Below, in pieces: positions 36,523 to 46,404 of a DNA stretch of 64,000 nucleotides (its first letter is position 1; the number at the start of each line of letters is the position of its first letter). Both the position numbers and the translations under genes were made by a program. Origin of the DNA: Acidobacteriota bacterium (GTDB lineage: Bacteria > Acidobacteriota > Thermoanaerobaculia > UBA5066 > Gp7-AA6). The notes beneath the pieces were generated by a model. That model searched no databases. It worked only from the letters and a program-made list of their open reading frames with translations, and had not been told where the DNA came from. Location of the stretch: the NCBI GenBank assembly GCA_020199905.1, contig JAIVJS010000001.1:61069-125068 (forward strand), read 5' to 3'.

Positions 36523-37791
36523 GTGCGTCGCCTCCTCCTCCTGCTTCCCACGTCGAGCTATCGCGCCCGGGACTTCCTCGAGGCGGCCGCGCGCGCCGGC
36601 GCGGACGTCGTCGTGGCGACGGAGGAGACGAGCGCCCTCGCCGCGGTCGACCCGGACGGTCTCTGGACGCTCGATTTCCGCGATCCCGGAGGCGCCGCCC
36701 GACGGGTCCTCGAGCTTTCGGCCGGCGGACCTCCACTCGACGCGGTGCTCGGCGTGGACGACGACACGGCGGTCGCCGCGGCGGCGATCGCGCAGGCACT
36801 GGGACTCCGCCACGTCCCGCTCGCGGCCGCGGTTGCGGCTCGCCGCAAGGGACAGATGCGGGACCTGCTCGCCGCGGCCGGCGTGCCAGTCCCGGCCCAT
36901 CGGGTGTTTCCGCGGAGCGCCGACCCGGCCGAGACGGCGCGCGCCGCCGCCTATCCCTGCGTCCTGAAGCCGACGTTCCTCGCGGCGAGCCGCGGTGTCA
37001 TCCTCGCCAGAGACGCGGAGGAATTCCGCCGGGCTTGGGACCGGATCGGGAGAATTCTGGATGACCCGGAGGTTCGGGCGCGTGGGGGCGACGCCGCGGG
37101 AGAGATCCTCGTCGAGGAGTTCATCCGGGGACCGGAGGTCGCCGTCGAAGGGCTGGTGACGGCTGGCGCGCTCCGCGTCCTCGCTTTCTTCGACAAGCCG
37201 GATCCTCTGGACGGCCCGTTCTTCGAGGAAACGCTCTACGTCACTCCCTCGCGGCTTTCTCGCGGGACTCAGAACGCAGTCGGCGACGTCGTCGCGCGAG
37301 CGGCGCGGGCGCTCGGGCTGAGCCACGGCCCCGTGCACGCCGAGGCGCGGCTGGGTCCGCGCGGTCCCGTGCTGATCGAAGCGGCGGCGCGCTCGATCGG
37401 CGGGCTCTGCTCACGGACACTCCGCTTCGGGACGGGTCTGTCCCTCGAGGAGTTGATCGTGCGGCAAGCGCTGGGACTGCCGGCGACGGCCTCACGAGAA
37501 GCGGCCGCGGCCGGAGTCATGATGATTCCGATTCCCCGAGCCGGTGTTCTCGAGCGGGTGACGGGCCTCGACGAGGCGCGCGCGGTCGAAGGAATCGTCG
37601 AAGCCACGATCACTCTGCGGCCCGGCCAGAGACTCGTGCCCCTTCCGGAGGGCTGGCGCTACCTCGGTTTCCTCTTCAGCCGCGCCGGCACACCGGAGGA
37701 GGCGGAACAGGCGCTGCGCCGGGCGCACGCGAAGCTCAGAATCGAAACGCGGGGGGATTCGGACGGCTCGGAGCCGAAAGGTGAGAGCTGA
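36523..37791 (+). CDS. ATP-grasp domain protein (carboxylate-amine ligase-like)
   Basis: GTG at 36523 (VRRLLLLLPTSSYRARDFLEAAARAGADVVV). ATP-grasp features (VLKPTFLAASRGVILARD...EILVEEFIRGPEVAVEGLV). An alternative start is ATG 36445. Confidence 0.65.
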   Translation: MRRLLLLLPTSSYRARDFLEAAARAGADVVVATEETSALAAVDPDGLWTLDFRDPGGAARRVLELSAGGPPLDAVLGVDDDTAVAAAAIAQALGLRHVPLAAAVAARRKGQMRDLLAAAGVPVPAHRVFPRSADPAETARAAAYPCVLKPTFLAASRGVILARDAEEFRRAWDRIGRILDDPEVRARGGDAAGEILVEEFIRGPEVAVEGLVTAGALRVLAFFDKPDPLDGPFFEETLYVTPSRLSRGTQNAVGDVVARAARALGLSHGPVHAEARLGPRGPVLIEAAARSIGGLCSRTLRFGTGLSLEELIVRQALGLPATASREAAAAGVMMIPIPRAGVLERVTGLDEARAVEGIVEATITLRPGQRLVPLPEGWRYLGFLFSRAGTPEEAEQALRRAHAKLRIETRGDSDGSEPKGES

Positions 37792-37802
37792 GAGCCGACG
37801 GC

Positions 37803-38393
37803 TTACTTCCCGGGCGAGTAGTACGGATTCCGTCCCGCGCCATGGTCCGTCGTGTCCAGGATCTCCCCGACGCGGGGCACCAGCTCGCGGATCGCCTTCT
37901 CGATGCCCTGCTTCAACGTCACGTCGGCAGCGCCGCAGCCCTGGCACCCGCCGCCCAGCCGCAGGTAAACGTTGTTCTTCTTCACGTCGATCAGCTCGAC
38001 GAATCCGCCGTGGGACGCGACGGCCGGATTGATCTGCCGGGCGAGAAGATCGCCGATCGCCCATTTGAGATCGCCCTCGGAGGGGAGGTCCTGAAAGTAG
38101 CGGTCGGCCACGATCGGGCCTCCGGCGCGGAGGTGCTTTCGGATCACGTTTCCGAGCGCCAGCGCGGGCCAGTCGACCGCGTGGGCGGCGGCCACCGTCA
38201 TGACGTTTTCCGCCAGAAGCACCGATTCGACGCTCTCGATTGCCAGGATCTCCTCCGCGAGCGCGGAGACACCGGGCTCGGCCGGGGACGCGAAAAACGC
38301 CGATTCTCCAGGGACCAGGGGTTGGTCGACTGTGTATTTACAGCGGTCTCCCCGCTCGGAAGGCTCGCCCGTGATCTTGATCTCGTCCTGCAC
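37803..38393 (-). CDS. NifU/Nfu-type Fe-S cluster scaffold protein (Nfu N-terminal + NifU C-terminal domains)
   Basis: C-terminal GGGCQGCGAADVTLKQGIE (CxxC) and an Nfu_N-like KITGEPSERGDRCKYTVDQPLVPGESAFF. GTG start at 38393; the upstream 118 codons of the track ORF are rejected. Confidence 0.7.
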   Translation of the reverse strand: MQDEIKITGEPSERGDRCKYTVDQPLVPGESAFFASPAEPGVSALAEEILAIESVESVLLAENVMTVAAAHAVDWPALALGNVIRKHLRAGGPIVADRYFQDLPSEGDLKWAIGDLLARQINPAVASHGGFVELIDVKKNNVYLRLGGGCQGCGAADVTLKQGIEKAIRELVPRVGEILDTTDHGAGRNPYYSPGK

Positions 38394-38511
38394 GGACTCA
38401 GTATACGTTCGGACTTTTGCGGCGGCACCGCCCCGTCCGGCTTTCCGCGGGTAACCGGGAAAGGACCGAAAATGAGATAAAATGGACAAAATTTCATCTT
38501 CGGGAGACCTG

Positions 38512-39303
38512 ATGTCCGGGCACGCCCTGCATCGCTCGATTTCTCCGGTCCCCGCTCGGGGAAGAGGCCATCGGCGGTCCTGGGGATTCACCATGGCCGA
38601 AATGCTGATCGTTCTCGCGATCATGGCAATGGTCATCGCGATCGGCATCCCGTTTTTCATGCGATTCGTGAGGCGGGAAAACCTCCGCGCGCCCGTCCGC
38701 GAGGTCCACTCGATCGTCCTCGCCGCGCGCATGCAGGCAGCCAAACGCAACCAGCAGGTGATCGTCCTGTTCGATCTCCCGAGTCATCGCGTCACGTCCT
38801 GGGCCGACAATCTGCCGTACAACTACATCCACGACGTGGCCGAACCTCTTCTCGCCGACTTTCACGTTCCCGACAACGTCGTCTTCCGCGCCGCCCCGAA
38901 CGGCGGGGCGGTCAACGACGCCGACGCCGTCGCGTTCGACACCTATCTCGGGAACAACACGCGCGTCGACATGATCGTCTTTCGCCCGGACGGAACGAGC
39001 CTGCCCCCTCAGGCGGCCAATTCGGTCCGCCCGGTCCTGCCCGGAAGCCCGCCCGGCTCGGGATACACGGCGACGGTGCCCGCCGGCTCGGTCAACTGCG
39101 CCGCCGGCTGCCGGGGGATCTACATGGCCGACAACAACTCCACGGGCGACTCTCCAAATCGCAACGTGTTCCGGATCAGCGTGGATGATTCGGGATCGAC
39201 CGGGCGCGTGACGCTTCTGAAGTGGCTCCCCAGCTCCGAAGGGGGAAACCCCGGAGAGGTCAACTTCGTCCCGAGCCCCTGGCGCTGGAACAACGGCAGC
39301 TGA
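38512..39303 (+). CDS. Type IV pilin-like / pseudopilin (GspH/FimT-like) with prepilin N-terminal cleavage/methylation motif
   Basis: Leader ...GHRRSWG followed by FTMAEMLIVLAIMAMVIAIGIPFF (a G|FTxxE prepilin motif plus hydrophobic helix). No other pilus-system genes occur in the window. Confidence 0.65.
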   Translation: MSGHALHRSISPVPARGRGHRRSWGFTMAEMLIVLAIMAMVIAIGIPFFMRFVRRENLRAPVREVHSIVLAARMQAAKRNQQVIVLFDLPSHRVTSWADNLPYNYIHDVAEPLLADFHVPDNVVFRAAPNGGAVNDADAVAFDTYLGNNTRVDMIVFRPDGTSLPPQAANSVRPVLPGSPPGSGYTATVPAGSVNCAAGCRGIYMADNNSTGDSPNRNVFRISVDDSGSTGRVTLLKWLPSSEGGNPGEVNFVPSPWRWNNGS

Positions 39304-39370
39304 TCCCGGCGCGTCCGCGCCGCCTTGAACCCCCCGATCCGGTCGGACATAATCGCCGGCTGGAGATTTC

Positions 39371-40060
39371 ATGACCCAGAAGATCAGCCGCAGGGCCCTG
39401 AAGCGCAACGACCTCGCCGACACGATGGGCAAGACGGTCGACTACGTCTCGCACCACCGGCGGGGCGTCGTCGAGGGGGCCGTGATCTTCGGGGGCGTGG
39501 TCCTGCTGGCCGCCGCGTTCGTGACCTACCGCAGCTACCGCGAGAACGAAGCCGGCCGCGAGCTGTCGGCGGGGCTGGCGGCCCTCGCGGCCCCGATCGC
39601 CGGTCAGCCCGCGGCAACCGGAACCGCCCGCACTTTCCCGACCGCCGTCGAGCGGGACCGCGAGGCGGACGACCACCTGAAGAGAGCGGCGAAGAGCGCC
39701 GGAACTTCGGCGGGACGCGCAGCGGGCGTCATTCTCGCGGCTCGCGACTCGAAGTCGCCCGACGCGATCGACCGTCTCGCCCGGGCAGCGCGCTCCGGCA
39801 AGGGTGAGGTGGCGGCGGCGGCGGAGCTCGACCAGGCGCGCCTCCTTGCCGCGGCCGGCAAGACGACGGAAGCCATCGACCGCCTGAAGCGGGCGATCGA
39901 GTCCTCCGACTCCGCCGCGCCCAAAGACGCGATGATGTTCACGCTGGCCGAGATCTACGAGAAGGCCGGATCCGCCGCCGATGCGCGGGCGACGTACCAG
40001 CGTCTCGTCAGCGACTACCCGAACTCGCCGTATCGCGCCGACGCCCGGCAAAAGCTCTGA
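39371..40060 (+). CDS. Membrane-anchored TPR-like protein (YfgM/YbgF-like)
   Basis: N-terminal TM segment (VIFGGVVLLAAAFVTY), then an Ala-rich helical repeat region ending in a TPR-like motif (ATYQRLVSDYPNSPYRADARQKL). Confidence 0.55.
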   Translation: MTQKISRRALKRNDLADTMGKTVDYVSHHRRGVVEGAVIFGGVVLLAAAFVTYRSYRENEAGRELSAGLAALAAPIAGQPAATGTARTFPTAVERDREADDHLKRAAKSAGTSAGRAAGVILAARDSKSPDAIDRLARAARSGKGEVAAAAELDQARLLAAAGKTTEAIDRLKRAIESSDSAAPKDAMMFTLAEIYEKAGSAADARATYQRLVSDYPNSPYRADARQKL

Positions 40061-40100
40061 GGAGGCGGGGAACCCCGCCCCGCGTTCCCGGAAGATTCTG

Positions 40101-41255
40101 ATGCCCGCCCGCCGCCGCGTCGTCGTCCTCGTCTGCGACGGGCTCGGAGTCGGAGCCGCTCCCGACGCCGCCGCCTACGGCGACACGGACAGCAACACGC
40201 TCGGGCACGCGCTCGCCGCGCACCCGGCGCCGCTGCCGAACCTCGAGCGCCTGGGATTGCTCGCGCTCATCGGGAAGGGCGCGCCGAGCGGAGCGCGCGG
40301 GCGCCTCCGGGAGCTCTCCGCCGGCAAGGACACCACCACCGGGCACTGGGAAATGATGGGCCTCGTCACGGAACGGCCCTTTCCGCTGTATCCCGACGGT
40401 TTTCCCGACGAGATCGTCCGCCCCTTCGAAGCCTATGCGGGCAAGCGCGTTCTCGGCAACAAAGCCGCTTCCGGCACGGAGATCCTGAAGGAGCTCGGCC
40501 CCGAGCACCAGGCCACGGGCCGTCCCATCCTCTACACGTCGGGGGACTCGGTATTCCAGGTGGCGTGTCACGAGGACGTCTGGCCACCCGAGCGGCTCTG
40601 GGAGCTCTGCCGCCACGCGCGCGGGCTCCTGACCGGCGCCCACAACGTGGGCCGCGTCATCGCGCGCCCCTTCACGGGCGGACCCGGCGCGTACGCCCGG
40701 ACGGCCAACCGCCGCGACTTCACCGTCGCTCCCACCGGGCAGACCTGGCTCGACCGGCTGGTCGCGGCCGGGCGCCACGTGTACGGGATCGGGAAGATCG
40801 TGGACATCTTCTCGGGCCGCGGGATCTCCGACTCGGTCCATACCGGATCGGACGCGGAGGGCGTTTCGAAGACCGTCTCGGCCCTCGCCGAAGGGCGGGC
40901 CGACTGCGTGTTCACGAACCTCGTGGACTTCGACAGCAAGTATGGGCATCGCAACGATCCGGCGGGATTCGTGCGGAACCTGGCTTCGCTGGACGCGCTC
41001 GTTCCAGAAATTCTGGCGGCGCTCGGAGCCGGCGATCTCTTCCTGCTGACCGCGGACCACGGCTGCGAGACGACCGACGCGTCGACCGATCACACGCGCG
41101 AGCTCGTCCCGCTTCTCGCCGCCGGACCCGCCGTGCGGGTAGAGGCCGATCTCGGCGTCCGCGAGGGCTTCTGCGATCTCGCCGCGACGGCGGGCGAGTG
41201 GCTCGGGGTCGGCGCGCCTCGAGGCGCCAGCGTGCTCGGCCTTCTCCTGCGCTGA
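40101..41255 (+). CDS. deoB: Phosphopentomutase
   Basis: ATG at 40101. Metal-binding motifs VLVCDGLGVG; TTGHWEMMG; LLTADHGCE. Confidence 0.85.
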   Translation: MPARRRVVVLVCDGLGVGAAPDAAAYGDTDSNTLGHALAAHPAPLPNLERLGLLALIGKGAPSGARGRLRELSAGKDTTTGHWEMMGLVTERPFPLYPDGFPDEIVRPFEAYAGKRVLGNKAASGTEILKELGPEHQATGRPILYTSGDSVFQVACHEDVWPPERLWELCRHARGLLTGAHNVGRVIARPFTGGPGAYARTANRRDFTVAPTGQTWLDRLVAAGRHVYGIGKIVDIFSGRGISDSVHTGSDAEGVSKTVSALAEGRADCVFTNLVDFDSKYGHRNDPAGFVRNLASLDALVPEILAALGAGDLFLLTADHGCETTDASTDHTRELVPLLAAGPAVRVEADLGVREGFCDLAATAGEWLGVGAPRGASVLGLLLR

Positions 41256-41262
41256 GCTGACC

Positions 41263-42420
41263 GTGCTCCACGCGCTTCTCGCCGGCTGCGCGGCGTGCTC
41301 GGTCTTCTGGCTCGTCGCGCTGCTCGTGAATCTGGCGGCGCTCCCGCGGCTTTCCCGCCAGGCGCCCGCGTCCGGCAACCTGCCTTTTGTCTCGATCGTC
41401 GTCCCGGCGCGCAACGAGGAGCGCGCGATCGGCTCGGCCCTGCGATCCCTTCTCGCACAGGACTATCCGGAATCCAGGCGGGAGGTGATCGTCGTTGACG
41501 ACCGCTCGACGGACGGCACCCGGCGGGTTCTCGCCGGCCTCGAGAACGATCCCGGCCTGAAAATCATCGACGGGGCCGAACCGCCTCCCGGCTGGCTCGG
41601 CAAACCCCACGCTCTCTTTCAGGGCTCCCGCGCCGCGCGCGGCGAGTGGCTCCTCTTCGTCGACGCCGACGTCCGGTACCGTCCCGATGCGGTTTCGCGC
41701 GCGATGGGGTACGCCCTTCGAGAGCGAACGGACTTCGCGGCGCTCCTGCCGCACCTGGAGACCTCCGGTTTCTGGGAGAGCGTGTTGATGCCCAATCTCC
41801 TGTGCGCCGTCTTCTTCGGCCCGGCCGTCCTCGCCAACCGCCGGTGGCCCCGATGGCTCGCCGCCGGCGGGGGAGCGGGCAACCTCATTCGCCGGGCGGC
41901 CTACGACGCGATCGGAGGGCACGAATCGCTGCGCGCGTCGGTCATCGACGACGTCCGCCTCGCCGTCATGTCCAAGCAGGCGGGATTTGCGACGCGCACT
42001 GTGCTCGCGCACGAGCTCGTCGCGGTGCGGATGTACCACGGCTTTCGGGAGGTCTGGGACGGGTTCACCAAGAACATCGCCTACGCCCTGGGGGGCGTCA
42101 CCGGCTTCGCGTTTGCGGGAATGTCGCTGGTGTGGACCGCGGTGGCGCTGTCTCCGCCCGCGGTCCTCATGGCGGCAGCCTTCGGGGCCTCCCTTCCCGC
42201 GGCCGACGTGGCCCTGGCCGGAGCCTCCTTCGGCGTGCTCGTCTTCGCGCGCGCGCTTCTCTCGAAAGCGTTGCATGACCCGGTCTGGCCGTCGCTGACC
42301 CATCCCCTGATGGCGGCGGTGTGGGCCGGCCTTCTCGTGCGCTCCGTCTACCAGCGCCTCGTCCGCCGCTCGGTCCCGTGGCGGGGGCGGCACTTCGACG
42401 CGAGGAAGGCGGGGTTTTAG
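41263..42420 (+). CDS. Family 2 glycosyltransferase, membrane-bound
   Basis: GTG start 8 nt after the deoB stop. GT-A fold motifs (VSIVVPARNEE; DDRSTDGT; FVDADV) and C-terminal TM helices. Confidence 0.7.
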   Translation: MLHALLAGCAACSVFWLVALLVNLAALPRLSRQAPASGNLPFVSIVVPARNEERAIGSALRSLLAQDYPESRREVIVVDDRSTDGTRRVLAGLENDPGLKIIDGAEPPPGWLGKPHALFQGSRAARGEWLLFVDADVRYRPDAVSRAMGYALRERTDFAALLPHLETSGFWESVLMPNLLCAVFFGPAVLANRRWPRWLAAGGGAGNLIRRAAYDAIGGHESLRASVIDDVRLAVMSKQAGFATRTVLAHELVAVRMYHGFREVWDGFTKNIAYALGGVTGFAFAGMSLVWTAVALSPPAVLMAAAFGASLPAADVALAGASFGVLVFARALLSKALHDPVWPSLTHPLMAAVWAGLLVRSVYQRLVRRSVPWRGRHFDARKAGF

Positions 42421-42424
42421 CGAG

Positions 42425-42490
42425 TTTTCCATCTTCAGTTTTCAGTTTTCACTGTTGGCTCAGAGGTGACGACTGATAACTGACAACGGA
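42425..42490 (+). repeat. Heptamer array (TTTTCAG / TGACAAC types) after the GT2 stop
   Basis: ttttcca tcttcag ttttcag ttttcac tgttggc tcagagg tgacgac tgataac tgacaac. Confidence 0.55.
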
Positions 42491-42574
42491 TTACTCCTTC
42501 TGCGCTAACATCCCGCCCGCCATCAACGTCCCTCTGCCCCCTCGCCCGCGAAAAACGCGTCGGAGGAGGAAATC

Positions 42575-43665
42575 ATGCGCTGGATAGGCCTCGTCGGCAT
42601 GGCGGTTGTGCTCGGGATGCCTTTCTCTTCAGCTGGCTCGCCGGCCCGATGAACGACCTGGGCAGCAAGACCGGGCTCCCGATCGGCGGATTCATTTTTG
42701 CCTTCAAGGTCCTGCCGATCATCATCTTCATCTGCTCCTTCTTCTCGCTTCTGTACTACTTCGGCATCATCCAGATCATCGTCAAGGGCATGGCGTGGGT
42801 GATGCAGAAAACGATGAAGGTGTCGGGCGCCGAGGCGCTCTGCGTCGCAGCGAACGTCTTCATCGGCCAGACGGAGGCGCCGGTCCTGATTGCCCCGTAC
42901 ATCCCGGCCATGACGCACTCCGAGCTTCTGACGATGATGACGGGCGGCATGGCGCACGTCTCCGGCGCCGTGATGCTCGCGTACGTGACCATGGGCGCCC
43001 CATTGAAATACCTGATTACCGCTTCGGTCATGGCCGCACCGGGAACGTTCCTGATCGCCAAGATCCTCTGGCCCGAGACCGAGACGCCGGTGACGATGGG
43101 CACCGTGAAGATGCACGTCGAGAAGACCAGCGCCAACTTCATCGACGCGGCCGCGTCCGGCGCCACCCAGGGGATGTCCCTCGTGCTGAACATCTCCGCG
43201 ATGCTGATCGCGTTCGTGGCCCTGATCGCGATGCTGAACGGGTTCCTGGGGTGGATCGGCAGCTTCTGGGGCCAGCCCACGTTCGCGCTGCAGACGATCT
43301 TCGGCTGGGTCCTCGGGCCGCTGGCATTCATCCTCGGCACGCCACCCCAGGACATCGACAAGGTCGGCAACCTGATCGCCAACAAGACGGTGATCAACGA
43401 GTTCTTCGCGTTTTCGATGATGAAGGACATGGTGGGTCAGCTCTCCGAGAAGGGAAAGCTGATCGCCACGTTCGCGCTGTGCGGGTTCGCCAATTTCTCG
43501 TCGATTGGAATCCAGATCGGCGGCATCGGAGGGCTCGCTCCGACTCGCAAGTCCGACATCGCCCGGCTCGGATTTCGCGCCCTCCTCGCCGGCTCGCTCG
43601 TGAGCTTCATGACGGCGTCCATCGCCGGCCTGATCTGGGAAGTCGCGGGCGCGCCCGTCAAATGA
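42575..43665 (+). pseudogene. nupC: NupC/CNT-family nucleoside transporter with N-terminal lesion (frameshift and about 50-residue internal deletion)
   Basis: AGGAGGAAATC-ATG at 42575 encodes MRWIGLVGMAVVLGMPFSSAGSPAR*, a NupC-like N-terminus. A 1-nt shift gives ...DAFLFSWLAGP and continues into track ORF 42649..43665 (MNDLGSKTGLPIGGFIF...), which aligns from about residue 75 of E. coli NupC. The segment equivalent to NupC residues 24-72 is absent. Confidence 0.6.
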
Positions 43666-44507
43666 AGGCGCCTGCCCTCATGGCGTCCCTGGACGCCGCC
43701 GCCGCCCGCATCCGCAGGACCGCGGCGGCCGAGCCTCTCATCGGCCTCGTCCTCGGCTCGGGCCTCGGGGCGTTTGCCGAGCGCCTGACGGACCGGACGG
43801 CGATTCCGTACACGGAGATTCCGCGGTTCCCCGCTTCGACCGGGGTGGTCGGCCATGCCGGCGAGCTCGTACTCGGAAGGGTCGGTAAGACGCCCGTCGC
43901 GGTGCTGTCGGGGCGTGTCCACTTCTACGAGGGCCACTCCATGGCGGACGTGGTCTTTCCGGCGCGCGTCCTCGCGCGCCTGGGCGTGAAGGCCGTCGTC
44001 CTGACAAACGCGGCCGGCGGCGTGCGCCTGACTTTCAAACCCGGCGACCTCATGGTCATCACCGATCACATCAACTTTTTCGGCCACCACCCGCTGATCG
44101 GACGCAACGAGGAGAAGCTCGGGCCGCGCTTTCCCGACATGAGCTTCATCTACGACCCCGAGCTGCGCCGGATCCTGAAGGCCACGGGACGCGCGGAGAA
44201 AATCCCGCTGCGCGAGGGCGTCTACCTCGGCACCTCGGGGCCCTCGTATGAAACCCCGGCGGAGATCCGGGCGTTCCGCCGGATGGGCGCCGACGCCGTC
44301 GGCATGTCCACCGTTCCGGAGGCGATCGCCCTGCGCCACGCCGGCGTGCGCGTCGCCGGCATCTCGACCATCACCAACATGGCGGCCGGGATCCTCGAGC
44401 AGCCGCTCGAGCATGGCGAGGTCCTCGAGACGACGCGCCGCGTGGGCGATCGGTTCGTGCGCCTCCTGACGAAAGCGATTCCCCGCCTCGCGAAGGCGCT
44501 GAAATGA
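43662..44507 (+). CDS. Purine nucleoside phosphorylase (PNP/MTAP family, trimeric type)
   Basis: The ATG overlaps the nupC stop (ATGA). PNP motifs (LVLGSGLG; GSTGVVGHAGELVLG; MSTVPEAIAL). Confidence 0.85.
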   Translation: MKAPALMASLDAAAARIRRTAAAEPLIGLVLGSGLGAFAERLTDRTAIPYTEIPRFPASTGVVGHAGELVLGRVGKTPVAVLSGRVHFYEGHSMADVVFPARVLARLGVKAVVLTNAAGGVRLTFKPGDLMVITDHINFFGHHPLIGRNEEKLGPRFPDMSFIYDPELRRILKATGRAEKIPLREGVYLGTSGPSYETPAEIRAFRRMGADAVGMSTVPEAIALRHAGVRVAGISTITNMAAGILEQPLEHGEVLETTRRVGDRFVRLLTKAIPRLAKALK

Positions 44508-44902
44508 GCGGCGCTCCGGGAAACCAGGAGGACCGGCTCGTCGAAGCCGCCGCGGCCTATCGCCGCAACGCGGTCTCGAACCGGAGCGGGTTCTCCGTCG
44601 GCGCGGCCATCGAGGACGGGAACGGCCGGATCTGGGGCGGCTGCAACGTCGAGAACAGCACGTACGGGCTGACGGTCTGTGCCGAACGCGTGGCGATCTG
44701 GAAGGCGCTCTCGGAGGGCATCCGCTCCTTTCGCGCCGTCGCGGTCGTGACGGGAGCCGACGAGCCCACGCCGCCTTGCGGTGCGTGCCGGCAGATACTG
44801 TGGGAGTTCGCCGGAGACGTTCCCGTCGTGATGGCCACGGAGGGCGGCAAGCGCAAGCGGCTCCAGCTCGCGGCCCTCTTTCCGGAGCCCTTCGACTTCT
44901 GA
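44504..44902 (+). CDS. cdd: Cytidine deaminase
   Basis: CAERVAI and PCGACRQ zinc-binding motifs. 132 aa. The start overlaps the PNP stop. Confidence 0.85.
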   Translation: MSGAPGNQEDRLVEAAAAYRRNAVSNRSGFSVGAAIEDGNGRIWGGCNVENSTYGLTVCAERVAIWKALSEGIRSFRAVAVVTGADEPTPPCGACRQILWEFAGDVPVVMATEGGKRKRLQLAALFPEPFDF

Positions 44903-46404
44903 TGCACCCGACCGGCCCGGGACGGCACCCTCTCTTTGTCACCGCGATCCTCTGCGCCTGCGCGCTGGTTCTTGGGGGGGCCGCGCCCCGCCGCAAACCG
45001 AAGCCGGCCGCGAGCGAGCGCTCCGCGTCCGCGGGCGCCGCCGCGGACCTTCTCGTGGTCGGGGGCCGGGTCGTGACGATGGACGCGTCTTTTTCGGTGA
45101 TCGAAGACGGCGGGCTTTTCCTCTCGGGCGGAAAGATCGTCGCCGTCGGGCGGTCGGCGGACCTGAAATCTCAATACCAGGGCAAGCCCGTCTGGGACGC
45201 GCAGGGCCGCATCCTCATGCCCGGCCTCGTCAACACGCACGGCCACGCCGCGATGACCCTCCTTCGCGGCCTCGCCGACGATCTGACGCTCGATAAGTGG
45301 CTCACGGAGCACATCTTTCCCGCCGAAGCGAAGAACGTCTCGCCGGAGTTCGTGTACGACGGAACGCTCCTCGCGTGTCTCGAGATGATCGAGGGCGGGA
45401 CGACTACGTTCGCCGACATGTATTACTTCGAGTCGGAGGCGGCGCGCGCGGTGGATCGAGCCGGGCTGCGGGGGGTCCTGGGAGAGACCTTCATCGACTT
45501 TCCGGTGCCCGACCACAAGGACCTTCCCGCCACGCTGGCCGTGATGAAGGCCTTCGCGGCGAAATGGAAATCGCATCCGCGGATCGTGCCGGCGGCGGCT
45601 CCGCACGCGCCGTACACCTGCTCGAAGGAGACGCTCGTCGCGGCGCGCGATTTCGCCCTCGCGGAAAACATCCCGCTGCTGATTCACGTCGCCGAGACCC
45701 GCAAGGAGGTCGACGACGCGCGCAAGGCCTGGCAGCAGACGCCGTTCATGCGGCTGGCGTCCGTCGGTTTCTTCGATCCCGGTGCCGGCGGCCGGCGCGT
45801 CCCGATCCTCGCCGCTCACGGCGTCTGGATGGACGAGGGGGATATCGCGATCGCGCGCCAGTACGGGATCGCCCTGTCGCACAACCCGGAGTCGAACATG
45901 AAGCTCGCGTCCGGGACGGCGGACGTTCCCGGATGGCAGAAGGCCGGGCTCGTCTGGGGGCTCGGAACCGACGGGCCGGCCGGGTCGAACAACGATCTCT
46001 CGATGTTCGAGGCGATGGACTTCGCCGGGAAGCTCGCGAAGGTCTCGAAGATGGATCCGACAGTCCTTCCGGCGCGCGACCTCGTCGCCGCAGCCACGAG
46101 AGGCGGCGCGAAGGCGCTCGGCCTTGAAGCGAAGATCGGGTCTCTGGAGCCCGGAAAGCAGGCCGACTTCATCGCGGTGCGCACGAAGACGGCTCACGAG
46201 CAGCCCTTCGACGACCCGTATTCCGCCCTCGTGTACTCGATCAAGACCTCGGACGTCTCGGACGTCTGGGTGGACGGCCGGCGCCTGCTCGCCGACGGGC
46301 GGTCCACGACTCTGGACGCCGCCGCGATCCTGGAGAAGGCCGCCTCGTGGCGCCGCCGGGTCGATGCGTCGCTCGCCTCGCCGAAAGGAGAGACACCGAA
46401 GTGA
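44902..46404 (+). CDS. Amidohydrolase-family protein (nucleobase/nucleoside deaminase-like) with N-terminal signal/anchor
   Basis: ATG at 44902 (TGATG overlap with cdd). Metal-binding motifs (VNTHGHAAMT; HVAE; HGVWMDE). Hydrophobic N-terminus FVTAILCACALVLGGAA. Confidence 0.75.
   Translation: MHPTGPGRHPLFVTAILCACALVLGGAAPRRKPKPAASERSASAGAAADLLVVGGRVVTMDASFSVIEDGGLFLSGGKIVAVGRSADLKSQYQGKPVWDAQGRILMPGLVNTHGHAAMTLLRGLADDLTLDKWLTEHIFPAEAKNVSPEFVYDGTLLACLEMIEGGTTTFADMYYFESEAARAVDRAGLRGVLGETFIDFPVPDHKDLPATLAVMKAFAAKWKSHPRIVPAAAPHAPYTCSKETLVAARDFALAENIPLLIHVAETRKEVDDARKAWQQTPFMRLASVGFFDPGAGGRRVPILAAHGVWMDEGDIAIARQYGIALSHNPESNMKLASGTADVPGWQKAGLVWGLGTDGPAGSNNDLSMFEAMDFAGKLAKVSKMDPTVLPARDLVAAATRGGAKALGLEAKIGSLEPGKQADFIAVRTKTAHEQPFDDPYSALVYSIKTSDVSDVWVDGRRLLADGRSTTLDAAAILEKAASWRRRVDASLASPKGETPK

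Noticed and set aside
42606-44507. Track ORF 42606..44507 (+, 633 aa) spanning nupC
   Set aside because: Its first 350 codons are an out-of-frame reading of nupC (Arg/Asp/His-rich). Only the last 282 codons (PNP, from ATG 43662) are real.
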